A DNA stretch of 63,999 bases, filler included, from Candidatus Babelota bacterium (lineage in GTDB: Bacteria > JAGOBX01), in NCBI GenBank assembly GCA_017999075.1. It is 11 parts of 11 records of this genome, joined end to end, with 100 filler letters (N's around TTAATTAATTAA, not from the genome) between each part and the next. Parts side by side here need not be neighbours in the genome. Positions count along the whole stretch, not along the records: positions 18,009 to 23,876 come from JAGOBX010000251.1; positions 23,977 to 29,836 come from JAGOBX010000252.1; 9 more parts are not named here. One strand, written 5' to 3'. Shown one piece after another: positions 18,010-29,936 of this stretch (positions are counted from its first letter, which is position 1; each line of letters starts with the position of its first letter). Both the position numbers and the translations under genes were made by a program. The notes below the pieces were generated by a model. It worked only from the letters and a program-made list of their open reading frames with translations, had not been told where the DNA came from and ran no database searches.

Positions 18010-19275
18010 ACTTTAAAAGAAACTTTAGATACGATAAAAAGAATAGGAATAATATTAAATTCTTCATTTGATTTAACCGAATTGTTGTCAACTATAATGA
18101 ATTTATCCTCAGACATAATGGATGCTGAGGCAAGTTCATTGATGCTGCTGGATGAAAAAACAAATGAATTAGTATTTTCAGTAACCACAGGGGCAACAAC
18201 CTCAAAATTAAAAGAAATACGAGTTCCTGTAGGACAGGGAATTGCGGGGTGGGTAGCTGCAAACGACAAACCTCTTCTTGTAGATGATGTGTCCAAAGAT
18301 CCGAGATTTTTCAAAAAAGCCGACGAAAAATCCTCTTTCAAAACCAAATCAATTCTATGCGTACCATTAAAAGTAAAAAATAAAATTATCGGCGTACTGC
18401 AGGTATTGAATAAACGCAACGGCAGAATATTTAATAACGAGGACCTAACTTTATTTTCTGTTATGGCCCATATGGCGGCACTTGCCATAGAAAATGCAAG
18501 GCTGATAAAAGCCGGTATAGAAAAAGAAAAATTCGAGCAGGAAATAAAAATAGCTCAAACTCTTCAAATGTCTATTTTACCAAAAAAATTTGAATATTTT
18601 AAAAACATAGAACTCAGCGGCAAAAGTATCCCTGCGAGAATAGCCGGAGGAGATTTTTTTGATTGCATCAAATTAAATGATGAAGAAATGTTTTTGCTTA
18701 TTGCAGATGTTTCAGGAAAAGGAGTCGGAGCTGCTTCTCTCACAATGGTTCTTCTTACTTTTATCCGCGCATCAATAAGCGCAAACCCAAACAATCTTGA
18801 TATTAAAGAACTTCTAATGAAAATAAATTCTTTTATGCAGCATGAACTTACCGTTGATTTGTTTATAACTATTTTTGCTTTAAAATATAATGTAAGAACT
18901 TTTGAGTTAACATATGTAAACGCTGGGCATAATGAACCTTTAATTTGTTCTGCTGCAAACAAAAACATTTCTCTTCTCAAATCAGACGGGATAGTGCTTG
19001 GAATGCTTGAAGACATAGAATTATTTGAACACAAATGTTTTCTTGAATATGGTGACCTGCTTTTTTTATATACAGACGGAGCAACCGAATGCATTAACTC
19101 TGATGAAGAACAATACGGCGAAGAAAGGTTGCACAATCATATTAAAAAAACTTTTGATTTGCCAGCAAAAGAAATCAGAAATTCTTTAATCGAAGATATT
19201 AAAAAATTTTGCGGGGAACGGGAACAGTTCGATGATATATCTCTTCTTATATTAAAAAACAAAGGCGGTATATAA
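18010..19275 (+). CDS. GAF + SpoIIE/PP2C phosphatase (RsbU-like), 5' partial
   Basis: GAF (GQGIAGWV, SILCVPL, GVLQVLNK) followed by GGDFFD, IADVSGKG, NAGH, YTDG and DDIS. The frame is open to the contig edge. Confidence 0.92.
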   Translation, partial: TLKETLDTIKRIGIILNSSFDLTELLSTIMNLSSDIMDAEASSLMLLDEKTNELVFSVTTGATTSKLKEIRVPVGQGIAGWVAANDKPLLVDDVSKDPRFFKKADEKSSFKTKSILCVPLKVKNKIIGVLQVLNKRNGRIFNNEDLTLFSVMAHMAALAIENARLIKAGIEKEKFEQEIKIAQTLQMSILPKKFEYFKNIELSGKSIPARIAGGDFFDCIKLNDEEMFLLIADVSGKGVGAASLTMVLLTFIRASISANPNNLDIKELLMKINSFMQHELTVDLFITIFALKYNVRTFELTYVNAGHNEPLICSAANKNISLLKSDGIVLGMLEDIELFEHKCFLEYGDLLFLYTDGATECINSDEEQYGEERLHNHIKKTFDLPAKEIRNSLIEDIKKFCGEREQFDDISLLILKNKGGI

Positions 19276-19278
19276 ATT

Positions 19279-20745
19279 TTGAAAAAAATATTATTTGCAA
19301 TATTTTTTTTTGTTATAAGCTCTACGGCAGTATTTGCCGTTTTACCTTCCATAGATAATATCATAGGGACAACAGAAATTTCTTCTGAATACAAAAACAA
19401 ATTCGATTTGTTTTTAACAGATGAAAAATACGATTCTCAGCAACTTCAAATTTCAGATACGGTTCAGTCATATGTTTATTCAATAGAAGATATTGTAAAT
19501 AAAAGTTTTGCTCTAAATAACGAACTAATGAAAGACAAACTCGAATCTCAAATAGAGCTTGCAGGATATTATGTTGAGCGGGCGGAATATCTTCCAAAAT
19601 TAAAACTTGAATTGGGTTATTCAAAAGATTCTACAGGCGACATTTCAGCTTCAACAGCAGGACTCGGAGGTCAGCAGCAAGCATCCACTCCGATAGGTTT
19701 CGGCACAGGATGCAACGTATCATTCATTTCCGAATACACGATATGGGACGGCGGTTACTCTTCGACTAAAGCCAAACAAAAAAAATCAACTGCAAAATTA
19801 AAAGATGCAAACTATAAACTTGATAAATTTGAATTTCAGTATGAAGTTTTAAAATCTTATTTTGATTATATTCTATTTGATGAGCTTGTAAAAATAAGAA
19901 AAAACATGTTGGACTATAATCAGGAAAACTTAAGATTTGTAATATCTCAGATAAACAAAGGTGTTGAAATTAAGTCCTCCGTATTTAATGCTGAAAATGA
20001 ATTAAAACAAGCTCAATATGATTTTGAAAACGAACTTAGAAATCTTGAACTCAGCAGGGCAATTTTAAACAGTTATATAGGTTTAACTCCCGAATCTCCG
20101 ATTATAGCACGCCAACGTTTTTTCGAACCTCCAAAAACTTTAGATTACCAAATAAACGATTTATTAACCATTGGACTAAGCAACAGACCTGAATTAAAAC
20201 AAATCGATATACAGAAAGAAATAGCAGGACTTGATAATAAAATGGCTCAAGCCAGATATTATAAACCAAAAATAAAAACAAATGCTATGTATGGTTATTT
20301 GAACAGTGATCATTATTCTTTAAGTGAAAAAGACAAAGAATGGAAGCTTAAGCTTGCAGTAGAATTGAATATATTTGAAGGATGGAAAGATAAAAAACTT
20401 ATTGAACAATCCGATATTGCAATCAAAAAATACGATGCCGAAAAAAAACATTATGAATTTCAAATTCAGCTTGAAATAAGACGGATGTTAAATGATTTTA
20501 TTGAATCAAAAAATAATGCGGAATTATTCAATGATAAAATAAATCAAAATACCGAAGAATTGAAAATACAGAGAGTGAACTATGACAAAGGCATTTTATT
20601 ATACAAAGATTATCTTGCATCTCAAAAAAATCTTTTAATCAACAGATTAAAATATACTCAGTCTCTTTACAATTTTACAATATCGGTTCTAAACCTAAAA
20701 AAAAGTTTGGGGCTGAATTACAATATTGAGATTAAATCAAAATAA
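19279..20745 (+). CDS. TolC-family outer membrane efflux protein
   Basis: Signal peptide and two OEP-like repeats (EYLPKL.L; NRPEL...YKPKI), followed by an MFP gene. Confidence 0.8.
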   Translation: MKKILFAIFFFVISSTAVFAVLPSIDNIIGTTEISSEYKNKFDLFLTDEKYDSQQLQISDTVQSYVYSIEDIVNKSFALNNELMKDKLESQIELAGYYVERAEYLPKLKLELGYSKDSTGDISASTAGLGGQQQASTPIGFGTGCNVSFISEYTIWDGGYSSTKAKQKKSTAKLKDANYKLDKFEFQYEVLKSYFDYILFDELVKIRKNMLDYNQENLRFVISQINKGVEIKSSVFNAENELKQAQYDFENELRNLELSRAILNSYIGLTPESPIIARQRFFEPPKTLDYQINDLLTIGLSNRPELKQIDIQKEIAGLDNKMAQARYYKPKIKTNAMYGYLNSDHYSLSEKDKEWKLKLAVELNIFEGWKDKKLIEQSDIAIKKYDAEKKHYEFQIQLEIRRMLNDFIESKNNAELFNDKINQNTEELKIQRVNYDKGILLYKDYLASQKNLLINRLKYTQSLYNFTISVLNLKKSLGLNYNIEIKSK

Positions 20746-20763
20746 TTATCCGGGGAAAATTTA

Positions 20764-21957
20764 ATGAAAAAATTCAATATTATTTTTGTTGTCTCCATTT
20801 TTATTTTAATGTTTTTCATAAATGCAGTTTTTGCAGATTTCACAAAAATAATTTCAAAGAATCTTAAAAACAGGATGGAATATATAGGTAATATCATTAC
20901 TGACAATAAACTTACTTTAAAAACAAAAAGTTCAGGAGAAATAATTTCAATAAATGTCAAGGAAGGTGACAAAATAACAAAAAATTCTGAAATACTCGCC
21001 CTTGACGGAAGATTGGAAAAATTACAATATGATGAATCAATGGTATCGGTTGACATAGCTAAATCAAATAAAAATAAAGCTGAAGCTTCTTATAATAAAG
21101 TTTTTGAAAAACCGGATAAAAATGAAATAGATAAAGCTTTGGCGGCAGTAAAGGAAGCACGAGTAAATTATGAAGATGCTATAAGGCAATATGAACTTCA
21201 AGCATCATTGTTCAGTCAGGCTGCTGTTACAAAAGAACAAAAACTTCAGGCTGAAAATAATGTAAAACTTGCTGAAACATCTCTAAAAAAAGCTGAAGCT
21301 TCTTATCAGATAATAATAAAAGAAATTGGAGAATGGGATAAAAAAATAGCTGAAGAAGATAAAATTAATTCCGAGCTTCAATATAAAAAATCTATAATAT
21401 CTTCTGATATAAAAAAAATAAATTTGGAAAACAAAACAGTTTATGCCCCATTTACTGGTTCTGTAACAAAAGTTTTTGTAAATAAAGGAGAGGTGCTTAA
21501 TCAAGGAGCTGCAGTATGCGAATTGATAGACGATATAAACCTATATGCTGAACTTTTTGCTTCTTCAGACGATATTATGAACATTTTTTACGGACAGCAT
21601 GCAGAAATTATTTCGGATGTTATTTCAAAGACTTTTTCAGGTAAAGTTGAATTTATAAGTTCAGAAGCTCAAATGCCTGAAAGAAATTTCAGGATCAAAG
21701 TAAAAATCGATAACAACGGCGGTTTTTTAAAAGCCGGAATGTTCGCAAAAATAATTTTGTTAAGCGGTAAACCTGAAACTTCGGGAGCCTTATTAGTTCC
21801 TGAAACTTCCGTATATATAAAAGATGAAAAGTTTTATATCAAAATAAAAAATAAAAATGAATTAGTCGAAACTCCTGTTGATATATTAAGAAAATTCAAT
21901 GGTTTTTATCAAATTAAATCTTCAAAAATTAATTCCGATTCTGTAGTTCAATATTAA
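20764..21957 (+). CDS. Efflux RND/ABC periplasmic adaptor (HlyD-like MFP)
   Basis: SGEI..INVKEGD, a long coiled coil, APFTGSV and LKAGMFA motifs. Confidence 0.85.
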   Translation: MKKFNIIFVVSIFILMFFINAVFADFTKIISKNLKNRMEYIGNIITDNKLTLKTKSSGEIISINVKEGDKITKNSEILALDGRLEKLQYDESMVSVDIAKSNKNKAEASYNKVFEKPDKNEIDKALAAVKEARVNYEDAIRQYELQASLFSQAAVTKEQKLQAENNVKLAETSLKKAEASYQIIIKEIGEWDKKIAEEDKINSELQYKKSIISSDIKKINLENKTVYAPFTGSVTKVFVNKGEVLNQGAAVCELIDDINLYAELFASSDDIMNIFYGQHAEIISDVISKTFSGKVEFISSEAQMPERNFRIKVKIDNNGGFLKAGMFAKIILLSGKPETSGALLVPETSVYIKDEKFYIKIKNKNELVETPVDILRKFNGFYQIKSSKINSDSVVQY

Positions 21958-21961
21958 AAAT

Positions 21962-23140
21962 ATGTTTAAAAATATAAAATTTTTCTTATTATTTTCCTTG
22001 ATTATTCTGGCGACAGGTAAATTTTATGAATGTGGCGCAAATATAATCGAAGACCTGAAAAAATTTCAAGAAATCCTTATAAAAATACAACGTCAGCACA
22101 TATCAAAACCTGATGACAAAAAACTAATAAAAAATGCAATAGAAGGAATGCTTAAATCGCTTGACGATCCTTATTCAATTTATATGGAAGAAAAAGAAAA
22201 TGAACAGTTTCAAGAAAAAATTAAATCTCATTTCGGAGGAATAGGAATACAAATAGGAATTTACAAAGACGAATCTTCCGGAGATTCATATTTACAGGTT
22301 ATTGATCTGCTTCCTATAAAAAATTGTCCTGCAAAAATAGCCGGAGTTATGCCCAAAGACATAATTTTAAAAATAGACGATATAGACGCTAAAAATATGC
22401 CGTTTGAAGAAGCACGTAATTTTCTTCGCGGAGAAATTGGAACCATGGTAACTCTAACTTTACGAAGAATTACTGAAAACGAAACAGAACCTTTGAAAAT
22501 AACAATAACCAGAGATGAAATAAACTTGTCTCAGGCAAGACACAAAATTTTATCCGATTCGATCGGTTATTTACGGCTTGATTCATTCACCGAATTATCC
22601 GCAAAAGATGTTAAAGAAAATCTTTTAATTCTTGTTGACAGCGGCGTCATCGGAATTATTTTTGATTTACGCAGCAATCCCGGCGGGTTGCTGACTTCAG
22701 CAGTTGAAATAGCCGGATATTTCTTAAATGAAAAAAAACTTGTTGTATACACCAAAGATAGAAACGAAAATCAAATTTCGGATTATTATACTACAGGTAA
22801 ATCATTATGTGATTTACCTTTGGTTCTGCTTGTCAATGAACTTAGTGCAAGCGCTTCAGAAATTGTTACTGGAGCATTAAAAGCCCACAGCAGGGCAGTT
22901 GTCATAGGCAAAAAAACCTTTGGCAAAGGTTCGGTGCAGCAGTTATATACTTTTTCGGATAAAAGCGGGCTAAAACTCACTAATGCATATTATTATACTC
23001 CTGCGAATATATGTATACATAAGATCGGTATTGATCCTGATATCAATGTTCCCTATGACAGTTCCACTAAAGAAGACGAACAGATTGAATTCGGAATCAA
23101 ATCTTTAAAAGCGTTCAATTTTTTAAATCAAAAATTTTAA
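21962..23140 (+). CDS. S41 carboxyl-terminal processing protease (CtpA-like) with PDZ domain
   Basis: LDDPYS, GGIGI, DLRSNPGG, SASASEI, TFGKGSVQ and GIDPD motifs. Confidence 0.93.
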   Translation: MFKNIKFFLLFSLIILATGKFYECGANIIEDLKKFQEILIKIQRQHISKPDDKKLIKNAIEGMLKSLDDPYSIYMEEKENEQFQEKIKSHFGGIGIQIGIYKDESSGDSYLQVIDLLPIKNCPAKIAGVMPKDIILKIDDIDAKNMPFEEARNFLRGEIGTMVTLTLRRITENETEPLKITITRDEINLSQARHKILSDSIGYLRLDSFTELSAKDVKENLLILVDSGVIGIIFDLRSNPGGLLTSAVEIAGYFLNEKKLVVYTKDRNENQISDYYTTGKSLCDLPLVLLVNELSASASEIVTGALKAHSRAVVIGKKTFGKGSVQQLYTFSDKSGLKLTNAYYYTPANICIHKIGIDPDINVPYDSSTKEDEQIEFGIKSLKAFNFLNQKF

Positions 23141-23172
23141 TTTAAAATTATTATTCAATTTAACTTTTAATT

Positions 23173-23876
23173 ATGAAAATCCGGATTCTACAGATAATTC
23201 AATCTCGTAATGCAATGTCTGCACGCGGCGGACAGGAATATATATTTTATTTATTAAACTATGGTTTAGCTCAATCTCAAAATTATGAAATTACTTTAAT
23301 AACTCCAGGATACAATCCCCTTCTTGAAAAATTAAAAGAATATAATATAAAAATATATTATATGAATTTCAGCAATATTAATTTTTTCAGAACATTAAAA
23401 CGTTTTAAAAAATTTTTATCAGAAAACAACTTCGATATTATCCATACGCACGATTGGTTAAGTAATTTATTTGTTTATTTAATTTTTAAAACTAAACCTC
23501 TTCTAATAAAATCTGTTTCAACGCGTTACTTTGTCCTGCTCTCCCATTATATGAGTTTTAAAATCAGATTGGCAAAACATTTAATAGGCGTTCTCGAAAA
23601 AAAATTGTTATTATTCAATCATTTTAATATATGTACTGCCAAAAATATTATGAGTGATTATATACACATCGGCATTCCTCCATATAAAATTACTGTAATA
23701 CATCCCGGCCTTGATTACACAAATACACAAATCAATGAAGAAGAAAAAGAAAAACTCAGAAAAAAAATTATCGGAGCTGATTCGATAAAAATTAAAATCG
23801 CATGTTTGTTCGGTTCTTTTGACAGATTGCGAAATGGTTATGATGTATATGTGAAAATTATTGAACAGTTTAAAAC
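23173..23876 (+). CDS. Glycosyltransferase family 4, N-terminal part
   Basis: GGQEY, DIIHTH and ITVIHPGLD motifs. Cut by contig end. Confidence 0.75.
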
Positions 23877-23976
23877 NNNNNNNNNNNNNNNNNNNNNNNN
23901 NNNNNNNNNNNNNNNNNNNNTTAATTAATTAANNNNNNNNNNNNNNNNNNNNNNNNNNNNNNNNNNNNNNNNNNNN

Positions 23977-25213
23977 AAAACCAGTAAAATGCGTTTTGTA
24001 TAATGTTTTGAGCTTCTGCTTGAGCCGGAGATAAGTTATTTATCAAACAGCTATCCCAGTTTATATAGTAATAAAAAGGATTTCCGATTTGATTCCAGCC
24101 TGCATACAGGTTTATAGTTACTGAACTATCTTTTATAATGTTTCCTGTAGGAGCAATGGTCAGAGTATCATTTTCAGAACCAATAATACCAGTATATTTG
24201 AACCAGTATGATTTTCCTTTTTCAAAATTTGACGGAATTTTATACTTACTTCCGTATTCGTCGTCTTCAGAAGCCGGATTCCATTGATAAATCGAATTGT
24301 TTGTTATTTCCGATAATAAATTGTATAAATTTCCGGATTCATGAATAGGAGTAAACATTGACCATTGATTTTTATAAAATTCGCGTTCAGGAGTTTCTAT
24401 TTCAATAAATTTAGAATCGTTTGCAGTTGATAAAGCAAAAATGTAGGAACCTGGTTTTGATGGAACCCGTAAATTAAGTTTTACAGAATTGTTTGACATT
24501 ACAGTATCATAAGAAATTGTTTCTGAAAAAAATTTCGGATATACAAGCTGCAGAGAATATGCAATATCATTAGCAAGATTTCCGAATTCATCTATTCCGT
24601 AAAAACTTATGGTATCAGAATAAGCATTGATTGATTTTACTTGGAACTGACCTGTTTCTATGATTACTGATTTAGCTGAAGAAGAATTTATGAACGCAGT
24701 TATAGTTTCAGAAACACTTGAAAGATCTGAATCTGTAACTGTTATTGTGAAAATATATGTTCCGGATATGTTTGGAACAATAGTTATGTTTGAAGAATTT
24801 TGGAAAATACTGGTATCAAAATTTTGAGGACCTGCTGATTGAGACCAGACGAATTGTATCGGCGAACTGTCCGGATCAAACGATCCGTTTGCATTCAGAG
24901 TTATAGGATTTCCTGAATATGAATATATTACAGTATCTCCTATAATCAATACCGGGCTATTATTCAAAAACATATATTGAGCGCCTGAATAAAATTGATA
25001 ATTTGAGCTTGAGATAGGAGAAGAACCAGGATTATTTAAATAATCAAGAGACCAATTCAAATTGTAATTCGAAGAAGAAACTGATTGTTGAGAGTTTGCT
25101 ATAAAATACACGCTTAATTCATAATTAAGACTGTTTAATTGAACGGCATTTAAATTAATGTTCCTAAATAAACTTGCAAAAATAAATATAATCAATATAT
25201 TTTTTAATTTCAA
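23977..25213 (-). CDS. Secreted protein with PKD-like domain, 3' end cut by contig edge
   Basis: Signal peptide, two SSSNY motifs, ITLNANGSFDPD...WSQSAGP...GTYIFTITVTD (PKD-like) and LYAGWNQIGNPF. Confidence 0.7.
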
Positions 25214-25223
25214 TTATTTCCTC

Positions 25224-28200
25224 CTAATTATTTCCTGTTATCAGCCAGTTTAAACCATTTGAAATTATTTCAACATATTTCCATTGTGATGCTAAAGTAT
25301 AAGTTGGGTTCCCATCTATAGTTTGAGTACTGTAAGGATCTATTGTAACTGCGTTTAAAGTTCCTATATGTTTAATTTTATAAATTCTTCCTGTTATTGA
25401 AGCAGCATCAGGAAGATTTACTGTTATAGTATCTGAAGTAGGGTCACAAACAATAATATAATCTGTATCTCCTGCGCTGTACGAAATTGATGAAGTGGAT
25501 ACTAATCCTCCAGCCGCAAATGAACCGTTGTTATGTAATGTAGAATGAGGAGTATCTGTTCCTATTCCGACTTTTCCTGAATTGCGGGAAATATTTATGC
25601 CTGAAACAGCCCAGTCAGTATCAGAATTTGATATTCCGGTTAGTAAAGAACCATCTCCGATAAATTTAGATGCAGTAATTGTTCCAATTACTACCATGGT
25701 TCCTGAAGCTACAGTTGAATCAGCATCAATATATAAATATCCGTTACCTGAATTGTTAATGTATTCAAGAGTTGCTTTTTTTGTATTTACATTATCATAA
25801 AAACTAATCGAACTTCTCCCTGCCATATCAGTATTGCGCAATTTTATCATTTCATTGTCGCCTGCTATAGATTTTGTCAAACTGATAAAATTATTCTGTA
25901 AAGCCATAGTTCCGCCGATGACAATAGAATCAGCATTCAAATACAAATAACCATTTCCCATATTGTTTTTATATTCAATAGAAGCTTTCAAAACATCTAT
26001 ATTGTCATAAAAATTAATTGAGCTTCNNNNNNNNNNNNNNNNNNNNNNNNNNNNNNNNNNNNNNNNNNNNNNNNNNNNNNNNNNNNNNNNNNNNNNNNNN
26101 NNNNNNNNNNNNNNNNNNNNNNNNNNTATTGTTTTTATATTCAATAGAAGCTTTCAAAACATCTATATTGTCATAAAAATTAATTGAGCTTCTTCCAAGC
26201 ATATCGGTATTGCGCAATTTTATCATTTCATTATCACTTGACATAGATTTTGTAAAACTGAGGAAATTGTTCTGCAAAGCCATAGTGCCGCCGATGATAA
26301 TAGAATCAGCATTCAAATACAAATAACCATTTCCCATATTGTTTTTATATTCAATAGAAGCTTTCAAAACATCTATATTGTCATAAAAATTAATTGAACT
26401 TCTTCCAAGAATATCAGTATGTCTTAAACGTATCATTTCGTTATCGCTTGACATAGATTTTGTAAAACTGATAAAATTATTCTGAGAGCTTTGAATAGCC
26501 ATAGTGCCGTTTATAATGATAGAATCAGCATTTAAATATAAATAACCATTAAAGTTATCATATTCTATACTTGCTTTTTTAAAATTCAAGTTATCATAAA
26601 AATTAATAGCACTTTTACCGTTAAAATCAGTATTCTGCAGGCGTATCAGTTCTGTGTCATTTAACGAAGACTTAGTCAAATTTAGATGATTGTTAAGTAA
26701 TGCAACAGTTCCGCCGATAAGTATTGAATCAGCATTTAAATACAGATAACCATTGCCGTTATTGTTTATGTATTCAATACCTGCTTTTTTAAAATTCATG
26801 TTATCATAAAAATTAATAGCACTTTTTCCGCTAAAATCAGTATTCTGCAGGTGGATCAGTTCTGTGTCATTTAACGAAGACTTAGTCAAATTTAGATGAT
26901 TGTTAAGTAATGCAACAGTTCCGCCAATAAGTATTGAATCAGCATTTAAATACAGATAACCGTTACCATTATTGTTTAGATATTCAATACCTGCTTTTTT
27001 AAAATTCATGTTATCATAAAAATTGATCGCGCTTTTTCCGTTAAAATCAGTATTCTGCAGACGTATCATTTCAGTATCATCCCAGGAAGATTTTGATAGA
27101 ATAAGATTATTATTAATAAGTTCCATAGTTCCACCGATAACAATTGAATCCGCGTTTAAATACAAATAACCATTGCCGTTATTGTTTATGTATTCGATAC
27201 CTGCTTTTTTAAAACTCATATTATCATAAAAATTGATCGCGCTTTTTCCGTTAAAATCAGTATTTTGCAAACGGATCATTTCAGTATCATCCCATAAAGA
27301 TTTGGTTAAAGCAAGATGATTGTTTAATAATGTTAATGTGTTTCCTATAACCACAGAGTCAGCATTCAAATATAAAGCATTCCCTTGATTATAATAAGTT
27401 ATTGAAGATTTCAGTTGATCTATATGATTATAAAATCCGATTCCGCTTTGTCCGAAACTATATGAATTTTTAAGTTTTAAGTTTATTGTATCTGAAGATG
27501 AAGCAGTAGTTGATTTTATTGAACCTTCAACTGTAAGACTGTCTGCAAGAACGTTAGTTCCAATTCCGACTTTACCTGATAACCTGTAAATATCTTCTCC
27601 TGAAGTTGTCCAAGTTGAATCCCCTGAACCTGATATAGTTGCCCACGATACAAATCCACTTCCATTTGTCTGTAAAACTTGGTTAATTGATCCGTCTGAT
27701 GCAGGAAGCACATAATCCCCAATTTTTACAGAGCCGTTAATAGTTAAACTGTCTGTTGGAGATGAGTTGCCTATCCCAACATTTCCATCAGAAGATAATG
27801 TTAATACAGTATTAACGCCATTATTAAAATTTAATGAACCATTAGTATAATTCAAATAACTCGGACCGCTTTCGAGTTTAAACTCAATTTTATTTGAAGC
27901 TGTTCCTTTAATTTCTAATTGCGGAGAAATGGCGCCGTCTCCATAAATACTTAATAAACTTGAAGGAGCAGATGTTCCAACACCTATATTCCCAGACATT
28001 TTATAAATTGTATCTCCTGCTGCTATTGTCCAGTCTGTATCAGTTCCGTTTGCGGAAATTCCGGTTAATAAAGAACCGTCGCCGATGAATTTATTAGCTG
28101 AAACAGTATCGGTAAATGTCGCATCTCCTACTACGTGCAATATAGAAACAGGAGATGTTATTCCTATTCCTATTTTTTTACCTGAATCCTGTAAAATAAG

Positions 28201-29836
28201 ATTACCACCTGAAGTAATCAATAAAGATGAATCAATATTTGAATTACATATTAAACTGTTTACTTGATTATTTTGATTTACAAAACAAATGTTACTTGAA
28301 TTTGTCGCATCTGTATTTTGTATATCAAAATTAGTTACGCCTACAGTACGGTTTACAACTTTCATAGTTCCGGCGACAGTTAAATTGTTCGTCGGAGATG
28401 TTGTTCCTATTCCAACTTTAAGACCTTGATCTTGTAAAATAATATTGCCGCCTGATGCGATTAATAAAGATGAATCAATATTTGAATTTTCTATTATAGT
28501 ATTAATTGTTCCAGTATTACTATAAAACCATATTGAACTTTTGCCTGAAGCATTAGTGTTATGTAATTTTATTAATGGATTAACAGTGCCGTTATCTATA
28601 ACTTTAATACTTCCCTCATTTAATGTTAATTTATCTGATGGATTATTTAATCCTATTCCAACATTTCCTGAAAGTTTGTAAGAAGTATCCTGAGTTGCTT
28701 GCATCCAGCCACCAGTATCTACACTTATGCCTGTTAAAGCAGAACCGTCGCCGATGAATTTTGTTGCATAAACTGTATCAGCATGCAGAGCATTCGTTAA
28801 TGTCATTGTTTCGGCTTTTAAAGAACCATTTACATGTAACTTAAACTGAGGAGTAATTCCTATACCAATATTACCGGCATCTTGAATTGTAACTAATTGT
28901 CCAGTGTCAGACTGATTATTTATTGATAAACCGGCTGCAGGACCTCCTGAATATATAATGTGGTTCTGATTTCCAACATATAAAAATTTTTGAGTTCCGT
29001 TGTATGTATAAATATAATCATTGTTATTTGGAGCGATTACTGCACTTCCATTAACATATAATCTTTGTGTAGGATTAGCTGTTCCAATACCAGCATATCC
29101 GGTTTTTGTAACTATTAAATGAGTATCACTGATAATAAGAGAGTCAGATCTTATAGTTCCGGCAACCTGTAAACTATCTGTAGGAGATATGGTTCCTATT
29201 CCAACATTTCCATTTAATCGATACATATTTGTTCCTGATTCTGTCCATTTGGTATCATTGATTATTATACCAGTTAATAATGAACCATCACCTTGAAACG
29301 ATGTTGCTTTTACAGTTCCTGTCACATTCAAATTTGCTGTCATTGTATCTTCAATATTTTTTCTTACAAAATTTGCTGTTGAATCAGTTAAAAAACTGCT
29401 GTCGTTTATAAAAGCTGATAAATTCGTTGGTTTGCCGTTTATTTTCGACCAGTCCGCATATAGGGTATCAGCGGAAATAGAAAGATACCTTACATCAGCA
29501 GCGCTTGTATTCATCCCAATTTCAGATTTCAGAGCAAAAGTAGTAGTATCAAGTTCAGCAGGCGTTCCTGAAATTCTTATCCACGGAATACTGTCGCTTA
29601 TATTTGAAACAGTATGAATATGAGAAGTATCAGCTTTAGCAGCAAGAGCTGATGAATCAGCTTTTAATGCTAACATAGAAAGAACATAAGCAGTATCAGT
29701 TTTTAAAGTTAATTGAGCTATAACAAAAGATGAATCAGCCTTAGCAGCGAGCTGAATTGTAGTAGCGAATGTTGAAGAATCAGTAATGATTCCAGCAGGT
29801 TTATTTATAATTTTGGTCCAGTCAGCGTTCATAGTA
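25224..29836 (-). CDS. Very large fibre/adhesin-like repeat protein (GNVGIGT repeats + 70-aa tandem repeats). A single gene split by a 100-N scaffold gap; 5' partial
   Basis: Many G[NK][VI]GIG[TI] and F.GDGS.LTGI repeats. The gap flanks overlap exactly (25961-26026 = 26127-26192), and merging them joins the 1272-aa and 306-aa ORFs in frame. The C-terminus TVNLP...GRIYKIK...TIDG..TYTL...V..ISNG.NW resembles tail-fibre-like proteins. Confidence 0.8.
25700..27490 (-). repeat. Coding tandem repeat, about 210-bp period, at least 8 units
   Basis: The [LI][ND]ADS anchor recurs at 27361, 27151, 26941, 26731, 26527, 26308, 25932 and 25722. Adjacent units are nearly identical in DNA. Confidence 0.9.
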
Positions 29837-29936
29837 NNNNNNNNNNNNNNNNNNNNNNNNNNNNNNNNNNNNNNNNNNNNTTAATTAATTAANNNNNNNN
29901 NNNNNNNNNNNNNNNNNNNNNNNNNNNNNNNNNNNN

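Noticed and set aside
25700-27490. Near-identical repeats as a DGR template/variable pair
   Set aside because: All units are in-frame coding repeats, the differences are not confined to adenines, and there is no reverse transcriptase in the window.
25224-29836. Prophage tail-fibre gene
   Set aside because: There are no phage structural or replication genes on the contig, and the neighbour is a signal-peptide-bearing cellular surface protein.
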